Source of the DNA: Caecitellus pseudoparvulus
Taxonomy: Eukaryota; Protista; Bigyra: Bicosoecida
Assembly (NCBI GenBank): GCA_965644315.1
Contig: CBFFRQ010000066.1
Coordinates: forward strand, 372,001-436,000
Direction of reading: 5' to 3'
DNA: 64,000 nucleotides
Part shown: positions 24,765 to 34,590 of the stretch, piece by piece
Layout of the letters: every line of letters begins with the position of its first letter
Numbering within the stretch: the first letter of the stretch is position 1
Notes under the pieces: generated by a model
The model's input: only the letters and a program-made list of their open reading frames with translations
The model's database searches: none
What the model was told of the DNA's origin: nothing
Program-made: the position numbers and the translations under genes

Positions 24765-27700
24765 TCAGGTGCCGGCTGGCGGGCCTGCTGCGTTGGCGCC
24801 GGTGCGTGGCAGCGGAATTGGCGTGTGACTCGGCGTTGTGTCGGCGCCGGCAGGGCGGGGGTTCCAGTGGTAGGCGCAGCAGGCACCCCCTCGCGTGCAG
24901 GCCAGGAGCACTTTGCCGTTCCAGTCCATGCGCGTGACGGCACTGGAGGGCGAGGGGGCGCCTGCGCTGGCCAGGGCATCGGCAACGCAGGCCGCTGATC
25001 CTTCCGCTTCCGGCACGACAGCGCGCCGAGGCAGGGCAGCGCCAGACGCTGGCAGCAGCACTTGAATGCAGGTGGCAGAGGCGACATCCCACAGGCGCAC
25101 GGTGCCATCCACGGACGCGCTGGCCAGGACGGCGGGGGTGAGCCAGCGCAGGGCGGTGATGGCGCCGCGGTGGCCACTCAAATTCCGCAGCACCCGCCCA
25201 CCGTCCACATCCCACAGCCGCACGACGTGGTCTGAGCCGCCCGACGCGAGGCAGCTGCAGAGACAGCCCACTTCCAGTGCCACGGCGTGCACAGCCTCCA
25301 CTCGGGCCTGCAGTGCACGGGCGTGTGAGGGCTCTGCCACTGGCCCGCCGTGCACGCCGATGCCGACGGCTTCCAGGGCCCGTGCCAGGGAGCGCAGGAG
25401 GAGGTGCACGGGCGCAGCAGCCAGGACGGAGACGGCGCCGCGCTGCCCCTTCAGTGAGCGCACAGCGTCGCCCAGGCGGTTCCAGCACTTGAGGGAGCCA
25501 TCCCGGGCGCCTGAGACGAGGAAGACCCGGCGTAATACGGTCTCGGCGTCCCGCAGCGCCGTCTGCACGGGGTTCAGCGGCGCCGGTGTCGGGCGCAGCG
25601 CCACGCCGTGGGGCGAAAAGGCGCCCCCGTGTGGCAGGGTGATGGTCAGGTCAGCTGGGGAGGGGGAGGGGGGGGGGCCTTGGGGGCTCAACCCTGACCC
25701 CGTCACGCCCAGCTGGGCGGTGGGCCCACCCCCCCCGCCGCCCTGCCGTGGCTCGGGCACAGCCACTGGGGAGTGCGCCCGCACGAGGGAGACGCGACCC
25801 CCCCCTCCGGAGGGGGAGAGGGGCCCCGGACCCCCCCCTCCCATGCTGCGGAGGGGGGATACGCTGCGGGCCAGGCCAGCGGAGGCTGCGAGCGGGGCTG
25901 CCGCCGCCGCCGACGCCGCTGCCGTCGAGTCACTGGCCCGGGGAGAGGGGGGGGGGCGCCCGCCACCCCCCACGCCCAGCAGCTCACACACGCCAGGCGG
26001 GGGGTCCGCACTGGTGGGGGGTGAGGGGGGGGGCACAGGGCGCCAGACCCCCCCTCGCCGCCCCCCCCCCGCTGCCCCGCCAGCATGAACCGCGTCAGGA
26101 TGTGGAGCCCAGCAGAGATGGGGTCTGCGCCGCTGCCCCCCCCCCCTGGGCCCACCCCCTCCGCTCCCTTGCCCCACTGGCGGGGGGGGCTGCCGCTCGC
26201 ATCTGGGGCAAAGCCAGGCCTGGCGCTGGGAAACCCGCCGCCCCCCTCGCCAGGCGCGGCCAGGGCGGTGCTACCGCCGCCGCCGCCTCCCCACACGTGA
26301 AACGCAGCAGCGGCCTCCCCCACGCAGGCCGACATCCACAGGGGCAGGGAGGAGTCCAGGCCGGGGATGGGCAGGGGCAGGAGGGCGGCGACGGAGCCGA
26401 AGTGATCTTTCATCGTGCCCCGACTGCGGCCAGATCGCATGTTCCACAGGCGCACCGTCTGGTCCGCCCCCGCGCTGACGAGGAGGTTCTGGGACGGCAG
26501 CAGGGCCAGCGCGTTCACGGCACCCGAGTGCCCCTTGAGGGTGTGCAGGAGGGCCTTGGAGCGGGCGAGGGCGCGCCCCCCCCCCGATCCGGGCGTGTCC
26601 CCCCCCCCGCCCCACCGCTTCCCGGCGCTGCGACCAGCATCCCGCCCCCCCGGCGCCCACAGGCGGATGCTGTGGTCGGCGGAGCCCGTCACCAGGACGA
26701 GGCCGCGGAGGGCCGCAGGGGCACCCGTCTCTCCGCCCCTGCTCGAGGCAGCAGCTGTGCCGGGGGCGACGCCTTGCACTGCCAGGGCTGGTGGTCGCTG
26801 CGACCCCCCCTCTCCGCCGCCGCCGCCGCCGCCGCCCTTGGTGGTCGCAGCAACAGAGGTGACGCCGGTGGAGCTGGTGCCCGTGGCAGGGGGGTCTGAC
26901 GGGGCGTTGACGGGGGTGTCCGCGTACGCGACCATACATCGGATGGCTGAGGAGTGCCCCCGCAACTGGCGCAGCAGGGTGGCCGCCAGGCGGGGCGGGG
27001 GGGTGGGCCCATCCCCCGCCTCCCCCGGCCGCGCCGTGATGTGCCACACCCACAGGCGCCCGTCGTCTGTGCCTGAGAAGAGCAGGCAGGGGGGGGGGTG
27101 CGGGGACCCCGAGGAGGGGGGGGGTCCGGAGCCCCCCCCCACTGGCAGGTGCAGGCGTGCGCCGTCGGGGGCGTGGCTGACGAGGGACACCCCTGACTGG
27201 CTCTGGGCGGTGGTTTGGCGGATGGGCATGGGGGTGAGGGCTGTGATGCCAGCCGTCATGCCGCCGCCGCCCACAGAGTGCTCCAGGCGCAGCAGGACTG
27301 TGCCCGAGTCCACCCCCCACACCGCCACCGTGCCATCTGCACTGCCCGTGGCAACGCAGGACACCCCACGCCGGGCGGTGCCCGCGACGGGGACCTCGAG
27401 AAACGTACTGCTGCTCACTGCCGCAGCGTGGGCGGTGGGCGCATGTACTGCTGAGCGGACACCGTGGCCCCATGTCCCGCACATGATGTCGCGGTAGGGC
27501 AGCTGACGAAGGTCAGCGAGGGGCAGGTCCGCGAGGGGGTGGGGAGGGGGGGGTCCGGGTGTCGGCGAGGTCCCCCCCGCCACGATGGGGCTGGCACGGG
27601 GGGACACGCGCAGGGGACACCCCCCTCCGCCCCGTCGCCGAGGGGTGGTCATGGGGCCAGTGGCGGCGGCCTGCGGGGAGGTGGGCCCAGTGCGCGGTCC

Positions 27701-30700
27701 CTCCCCCGACTTGAACAGCGTGATGGTGCTGTGATGCCCCCCGCCCTCCTCAGGCCCGGCCCCCCCGTCCGAGCTCTCGAACAGCTCGTCTCCGTACACG
27801 CTGTCGCTGTCGAAGGCCACCTCCTCGCCCCCGCCGTCGCTGCCGCTGCCGCTGCCTTGCACTTCGGACCGCACCATGGAGGGCACTGTGTCGCTCGTGC
27901 GGTTCAGCGCTGATGCCTCCGTGATGTGACTCAAGTCGAAACGCCGCACAGTGGCGCCACCTGGCCCGCCGCCCGTGTCCACTGTGGGGGGGGATGCCGC
28001 CCCCACGATGGGCGACATCACCTCCCGCAGACTAGGTGAGGGGTGCGGATGGGAGGCACCCCCTCGCCCGGGTATCGCGGAGGTCTCGGGGGGGGTGGTC
28101 GCATGCTCGGGGGGGTGTGCTGCGTCGCCGCCGCCCCGCGCCCGTGCTGGTCGGGCCGCACGCTGGGACGTGCTGCGTTTCAAGGGCAGTGGCAGGCGGG
28201 AGGGGGGAGCGGCGCCCGTGCCCTCGCCGGGCCCCCCCTCAGACCCCCCCCCTCCCCCCCGCAGGCCAGGCGCAGCAGTCACGGCCCTGGCCCGCACACC
28301 ACCGGCACTGCCACTGCCTGCCCTGCTGGCGGGGTGGGACGTGAAGTCTGCGCCGTCCACCACCATGTCCTCCTCCCCATGCGCCCATGGGTCCGCACCA
28401 GTGGGCCCACTCCCCGCGCCCCCCTCCACGTGCCGTCTGCTGAGCAGGGGCGGCGGGCGGGGGGATGTGGACCGGGCCCCCGTGACTCGGGGTCGTGCGG
28501 AGCGGATGCGGGGGGTGGGCCCACCCGTGCGCCCACTGCCCCGCACGCCATTGCCCTCGCCAACCCCCCCTCCACCCTCCCGGGGGGACCCCACCGCCGC
28601 GGCAGACTGCACCGCGCGCCGCCCGGCAGTGGGGCGGCTGGACCGGTCCCGGGGGGGGGCTGGCGCCTCCGTCGGGGGGGGGCTCGCGCGGGGTGGAGCA
28701 CCCTCTGCCCCCTCCGCCCCCAGTGACACCAAGCCCCCCCCCGCAGTGGGCGACGTGCCCTCCCGAGAGGACGCCCTGCGACCATGGGTGGGCTTGCCGG
28801 GGGGCAGCACTCCCCCGCCCCCACCGCCGCCCTCACTGATGTCAGATCGCACGCTGAGCATGGCCCCAAACGAGTGAATGACGGAGGGCGGCGGCTTGAA
28901 GGGGGCTTCCCCAGCCACCTCCCCCGGAGCCAGCGCCGCCCCCCGCCCGCCACCCACCTCCCCCGTCCCGCCCTGCAAAGTGCTGCGGTCACGAGGCGTG
29001 GGCAGGGGCCCGCCACCGCCGGCACCACTGCCGCCTGCAGCACTCGCGGTGGAGCTGGTGGCGCCGAGAAACGCTGCGGAAAATTCCGCAGAGGAAGGCG
29101 TGGCCTGGCCCCGCCCCGTGCGTGTCGCGGCGCGTGTGGCATGTCTTGGGCGTGAAGTGGCCCACCGACTGCCCGTTCGCATGGTGGTGCCGTCCAGGTC
29201 TGCCGTGCTGGGGCGCAGGGGCAGTCCTGTGTCGTCCGCAACGCGACCTGCCGGTAGCAGGTGGCTAATCTGCGAAATCCACTCGTGCAGCAGCAGCGCA
29301 GTGACATCAGGGCGCTCCGTGGGGTCACGCGCAAAGCAGTGCGCGAGGAAATCACGACCGGGTCGGCTGAGGCCCTCAGGCGTCTCGGGCGCCGCCTCTG
29401 TCGTGGAGATGTGCATCATAGCGGCAAAGGGGTGCGGGAAATCCGGCCACGGCGGGCGCCCCGTCAGCATCTCAATCACGGTGCAGCCGACGGACCAGAT
29501 GTCGGCTTTCTTCCATCCCCGGGCGCTTTGTTCGTTCTTTATGACTTCGGGTGCCATCCACAGGGGCGTGCCCTTCAGGCCGCCCCCCATGCCGCTCTGA
29601 GTGCCCAGCACCGTGGAGTTGGCGCCGATGCGCTTGGAAGCGCCAAAGTCCGCCAGCTTCACAGTGCCGTCCGCCCCCACCAGCACGTTGGCCCCCTTGA
29701 TGTCCCGGTGTGCGATGCCATTGCGGTGCAGGTACTCCAGGCCCAGCAGCAGCTGCCGGGTGTAAGTCCGCACAATGGGCTCGTCCAGCTTCCCGAAACG
29801 CTCCAGCAGCTGCCGAATGGAGCCGCCGGGAGCATACTCCAGGAAAATGCACATGGTGTGTGCGTCCCGTGTCGTGCCCAGGTACGTCACGATGTTGGGG
29901 TGGTGCAGTCCCCGCGCCATGGTGATTTCGTGCTCCAACCCCGCCAACTCCCGCGCACTGACGTCAGCGGCGTCCAGCTGCTTCACAGCCATCAGCTCCC
30001 CAGTCAGCATGTTCAAGCCCTGGTACACTGTGCCAAAGGCCCCCGCACCCAGCTTCTCGCCGCGCTGCCAGCGGAAGTCGCTGCCCCCCGGCTGGTACGG
30101 CGCGATGGTGCTGGCGGTGGAGGGAAAGCCGACCCCCCCTCCACCGCCACCGGCACGGGGGGTGCTGCCCCCCGTGCTGCCCAGGCCCTGCCCTGCCGCA
30201 TGCACCGCCAGTGCCGCCAGGGCAGCCGTGGTCGTGCTGGCAGTGCTGGTGCCCAGGGGGAAGGCGTTGCCGGGGTGGACGCCCAGGTCAGTTGGTGTTC
30301 CCGCCGCTTGGGGCGTGTGGTGGGGCGTGAACGCGTCGCTGCCCCCCCCGCCGAGGCCGTGGGAGGCTGGCACCAGCAGGGCAGAGGCGGCGGATGCGAG
30401 GGGGTGTGAGGGGCCCCGTCGACCAGCCCCGCCACCACCCGTCTCGCCCCCGAACCCACCACGCCCAGTGCCGCCCAGAGTTCCCGCCGCTGTCGCCGGG
30501 TATGGCATGGAGGGCGCCGGCATGGGCCCACCCCCCGCACCGCCACTGCCGGCAGGGTGGCCTGCCTGCTCCACCCGCACCGTCACGCTGCCAGTGGTGC
30601 CGCTGGCCAGCATCTCCATCAGGTCGTTCTGGCAGGCGAGGGTCACGAGGTCGCCCTCGGCGTCCTCGTAACGCAGCACGACGGGGAAGCGGTAGTCCGC

Positions 30701-30952
30701 CTCCAAGCGGCCCTTCAGCGCGTCGAAGGATGTCCCAGCCGCCACATTCACCACCCGGATCTCGCCGTCGTGGTGGAATTTGACCCGCACCGTCTTCGGG
30801 CCGCCAGTGCTGCGGCGGCGCCCAACGCCACCAGCACGCCGGGAACTGCTGTCACTGTCATCTGTGTCGCCACCCGCACCACGCCGGCGCCCCAGGCGCA
30901 CCTTGCGACGGCCAGTACGGGACAGCACCCGAGATTGGCGCTTGCCCTCCAT
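24765..30952 (-). CDS. STE11/MAPKKK-family kinase with N-terminal PB1 domain and C-terminal WD40 repeats; apparent 1-nt frame break near 26025-26190
   Basis: PB1 motifs VRVKF and YEDAEGDLVTL. Kinase motifs GAGAFG, MAVKQ, HRDIKGAN, DFG, GTPLWMAPE and DIWSVGC. WD motifs TGSADGTVAVW, GHSGAVNAL..SAGADQTVRLWN, SGGSDHVVRLWD and SASVDGTVRLWD are split between ORFs 25703-30952 and 24765-26177. Confidence 0.85.
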
Positions 30953-31053
30953 GGCCTGCTACAGAGGCGCTGACGGCAGTGGCGTGCCCGCGAGAAACGG
31001 CAGCCGCAGCTGAAATCCCGGCACCGTTGCCACGGCGTGTGCAGAGGCCCCAG

Positions 31054-31074
31054 GGAAAAACTTAGGGTTTTTCC
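31054..31074 (-). promoter_or_regulatory. Telo-box-like AAACCCTAA within a short inverted repeat upstream of the kinase gene
   Basis: GGAAAAAC-TTAGG-GTTTTTCC. TTAGGGTTT at 31062-31070 lies ~110 nt upstream of the kinase ATG in an AT-rich patch. Confidence 0.3.
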
Positions 31075-31439
31075 TAATCTTTATCTGTATCAGTTACCCG
31101 GCACACTGCAAGGGTACGAGAGAGGCGGCCTATCACAGCCCAGCGAAGCCACCTGCCCAGAGCTGGCGTTTCGCTTCCGCAGGCCCAAAGCGTGCCGTGC
31201 TGTGCCGTGCAGCACCTCAGAATGTACACCTGACTGAGCCCCCACAAGCTCAGCGAATGTCGATTTGACTTCGATTGCCAAAGTTTCAGTTGTGATGCTT
31301 CGTTTGCAAGTCTTCCGGGGTCTGTGTCAGTGTGGCGCTGCAGCTGTCGGCCTGGCCAACGCCAACCTACACCTGCACACCATCGCCACTGCACAGAGGG
31401 TTGCCTGAGAGTTGTTGGTGCGGAACTGTGGGGAAGTAT

Positions 31440-31710
31440 CCAGTGATGCACGCCGTAGGAGCTTGCATCGCCGCCGCCCCTGGCCTGGAGTCTGCCTTGG
31501 CACCACGCCGCTGCTACCATCACTTCAAGACACTGGACAGTCCTGCCCCACCCTGGAGAGATGGCGGTTGGAGTTGCCCCAGAGCTTTCATGCAGAGCGA
31601 CGAGGCACCCACATTCAAGGCACGCTCAGGCCGTGCCTTGTCGCTCCGCAATGCAGACACGCTGAAACCAGCTTCAGGAAAGCCCCTCCTGACCATGCCG
31701 AGCCGTTCAA
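31440..31710 (-). pseudogene. Possible decayed remnant of the local ankyrin-repeat family
   Basis: The minus strand contains CCTGAAGCTGGTTTCAG, close to the CCTGAAGCTGGCTTC in the ankyrin repeats. It also carries a frameshifted 'AAAW....QGR.AM.LLRRA' resembling the family's C-terminal motif. There is no intact frame. Confidence 0.25.
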
Positions 31711-32015
31711 TCGATGAAAGTCCCACAAATGCGCCTTTTTCCTTATGAAATCGGCGGGCCTGGCATGCACGTGCTGCGTGAGACGCAGGCGCGGTGTTGA
31801 CTCGCGCAGGTTTGAGTGCGTTGCAAACGCGCGAGCAGCGCCAGTCGCCGTCACAGCACACAATCGCCGCCGCACCCAAAATCCAAGTACCGCTCATTTA
31901 TTTCATCTTGCTTAATTTCACCTGAACAGTACTGTTCCCTTACTCTGTCGCCGGGGCTCGAGCTCTCAACCCGCTACGCAGTGCGCGGAATTTGAGTCCC
32001 CAACACCAATCCGCC

Positions 32016-34343
32016 ATGGCCAGCGCTGACAGCACTGGCACCTGGCTGCACCAGTGGAAGGCAGCCTGTAGTGCCCAAGATGCCTTTACACTGCGGGACC
32101 TACTGCGGGATGACTGTGACGAGGCCAAGCGCAGCAAGAAGGCACTTGAGGCGTCTGACATTAGATCCGCATCAATTCTGGCGGCGAGGAGTGGAGACCA
32201 GAAGCTGATGCGGGCGCTGGTGGGTGCGTCTGCGGGAAGGGGCGAGAGCATGCGGGGTGTGTTTGCCGGGGCGTTCCTTGCAGCGTGTGAGCGGGGGCAG
32301 ATCGGCATTGTGCGTGAGTTGTTGGGTGTGGAAGGCGAGAGGGCTGTACACGAATACGCTGAGGATGGCTTCAGTCTGGGCTGTGAGAATGGGCACATTG
32401 ATGTAGTGCGTAAGTTGTTGCCCTTGACCGACGAGCGTGCAGAGGAAGTGCTTGAGCGAGAGTTGGAAGGGTACATGCAAGATGTTCGGCCACACCGACG
32501 CGACTACGTGGACTTGGATCTTGTGCTTGAAGAGATCAACGTTCCTTTACAGGGCTTCTATCTCGCCTGCAGAAACGGACACCTTGACGTGGTTCGTGAG
32601 GTGATAGGTCTGGCAGGGGATCATGCAATGGGAGTGCATTCGGCGCGCGAGGGCTGGCCTGAGGCGGGCTTTCGGTGGGCATGTGGGAATGGTCACATAG
32701 ATTTGGTGCGCGAGCTGTTGGCACTGAGCGGGAACCGCGAGGTGAACGTACATTCCAAGAGCGAAGGCGGCTTCGTCGATGCCTGTGCAAATGGGCACTT
32801 GACCGTGGTCCGGGAGCTACTGGCTTTGACCGGGCATCGCGAGGTGAACGTGCATGCTGGGGACAGATACGGACGTGAAGCTGGCTTCAGGCTTGCCTGT
32901 GAGAATGGTCAAGCGGATGTGGTGCGTGAGCTGCTGGCTCTGACCGGGGGCCGCGAGGTAGATGTGCATGCTGGGCCTGAGAGCAGGCCTGAGTATGGCT
33001 TCAGACTTGCCTGTGAGAATGGCCAAGCGGATGTGGTGCGTGAGCTGCTGGCTCTGACCGGGCATCGCGAGGTGAACGTGCATGCTGGGGACAGATACGG
33101 ACCTGAAGCTAGCTTCCGGCTTGCCTGTGAGAATGGGCACGTTAGTGTGGTGCGCGCACTGCTGGCTCTGACCGGGCATCGTGAGGTGGACGTGCATGCT
33201 GGGGACAGATACGGACCTGAAGCTGGCTTCCGGTTCGCCTGTGCGAATGGTCAAGCGGATGTGGTGCGTGAGCTGCTGGCTCTGACCGGGCATCGTGAGG
33301 TGAACGTGCATGCTGGGCCTGAGAGCAGGCCTGAGTATGGCTTCAGACTTGCCTGTCGGAACGGGCGCATTGATGTGGTGCGTGAGCTGCTGGCTCTGAC
33401 CGGGGGCCGCGAGGTGAACGTGCATGCTGGGGATGAGGATGGACCTGAAGCTGGCTTCCGGTTCGCCTGTGCGAATGGTCAAGCGGATGTGGTGCGTGAG
33501 CTGCTGGCTCTGACCGGGCATCGTGAGGTGAACGTGCATGCTGGGCCTGAGAGCAGGCCTGAGTATGGCTTCAGACTTGCCTGTCGGAACGGGCGCATTG
33601 ATGTGGTGCGTGAGCTGCTGGCTCTGACCGGGGGCCGCGAGGTGAACGTGCATGCTGGGGATGAGGATGGACCTGAAGCTGGCTTCCGGCTTGCCTGTGA
33701 GAATGGGCACGTTGGCGTAGTTCGTGAGCTGCTGGCTCTGGCCGGGGGCCGCGAGGTAGATGTGCATGCTGGGCCTGAGAGCAGGCCTGAGTATGGCTTC
33801 AGACTTGCCTGTGAGAATGGCCAAGCGGATGTGGTGCGTGAGCTGCTGGCTCTGACCGGGCATCGCGAGGTGGACGTGCATGCTGGGGGCAGATACGGAC
33901 CTGAAGCTAGCTTCCGGTTCGCCTGTGCGAATGGGCAAGTTAGTGTGGTGCGTGAGCTGCTGGCTCTGACCGGGCATCGTGAGGTGGACGTGCATGCTGG
34001 GCCTGCGGGTGAACCCGAGGAAGGGTTTCGCCTTGCCTGTCGCAATGGTTTTGTTGAAGTGGTTCGTGTGCTGCTGGCTTTGCGCGGGCATCGCGAGGTG
34101 GATGTGCATGCTGCGATTGGGCGGCGGCCTGAGAATGGCTACAGAAGCGATTTTGGACTAGGCCAAGAGAGTTTGGTGTGTGAGCTGCTGGCCCTCACTG
34201 GACACCGAGCCGTTTCACGCCACAAGCCAATATTTGAACGCCTCCGTACCGAGGAGCGAGCCAAGGATGCCGTGTGGGCCGGCACCAGCACTCGGCAGGG
34301 CCGGGCTGCCATGGTGCTGCTTCGTGCGATTCGGCGTACCTGA
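32016..34343 (+). CDS. Ankyrin-repeat protein with ~13 tandem 38-aa repeats
   Basis: GCCATGG start at 32016. The repeat consensus (H/G)REV(N/D)VHAG.....E.GFR.AC.NG...VVRELLALTG matches an ankyrin helix-turn-helix with an extended hairpin. No introns. Confidence 0.9.
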   Translation: MASADSTGTWLHQWKAACSAQDAFTLRDLLRDDCDEAKRSKKALEASDIRSASILAARSGDQKLMRALVGASAGRGESMRGVFAGAFLAACERGQIGIVRELLGVEGERAVHEYAEDGFSLGCENGHIDVVRKLLPLTDERAEEVLERELEGYMQDVRPHRRDYVDLDLVLEEINVPLQGFYLACRNGHLDVVREVIGLAGDHAMGVHSAREGWPEAGFRWACGNGHIDLVRELLALSGNREVNVHSKSEGGFVDACANGHLTVVRELLALTGHREVNVHAGDRYGREAGFRLACENGQADVVRELLALTGGREVDVHAGPESRPEYGFRLACENGQADVVRELLALTGHREVNVHAGDRYGPEASFRLACENGHVSVVRALLALTGHREVDVHAGDRYGPEAGFRFACANGQADVVRELLALTGHREVNVHAGPESRPEYGFRLACRNGRIDVVRELLALTGGREVNVHAGDEDGPEAGFRFACANGQADVVRELLALTGHREVNVHAGPESRPEYGFRLACRNGRIDVVRELLALTGGREVNVHAGDEDGPEAGFRLACENGHVGVVRELLALAGGREVDVHAGPESRPEYGFRLACENGQADVVRELLALTGHREVDVHAGGRYGPEASFRFACANGQVSVVRELLALTGHREVDVHAGPAGEPEEGFRLACRNGFVEVVRVLLALRGHREVDVHAAIGRRPENGYRSDFGLGQESLVCELLALTGHRAVSRHKPIFERLRTEERAKDAVWAGTSTRQGRAAMVLLRAIRRT
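32830..34205 (+). repeat. 114-nt tandem coding repeat array (~12 units) including a near-exact 228-nt dimer duplication
   Basis: Unit starts recur every 114 nt (32832, 32946, 33060...). The ~33215-33440 segment is repeated at ~33443-33670. Confidence 0.9.
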
Positions 34344-34590
34344 CTATGGTGCAGTTCGTGCGGTGTGTGGCCGACAGGTTTCATGGTGACACAGTCAAGT
34401 GTGAGCGAAAGCCCACTCAGCTGCCCTTGCATATCAACCACAAATCTAAGCCGACTGCCCACAGAGCAGCGCAGAGGACCGCTTATTCAAATTTGAATTC
34501 AATTGTTCTTCGGTGCTCCTCTGCTCCCTATTTGACGCTGATCTCTGCCTCTTGGGCAAAGCGTTGAGCAAAGTCCGCACCCCAGGCAGC

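Noticed and set aside
22765-30952. E2 gene near a WD40 MAPKKK as a functional module
   Set aside because: Eukaryotic neighbours are rarely co-functional, and another gene lies between them.
32817-34109. 430-aa repetitive antisense ORF
   Set aside because: It mirrors the 114-nt ankyrin repeat array and has no independent domain signal.
32830-34205. Regularly spaced repeats resembling a CRISPR array
   Set aside because: Units are contiguous, in-frame coding repeats with no unique spacers and no cas genes, in a eukaryotic intron-containing context.
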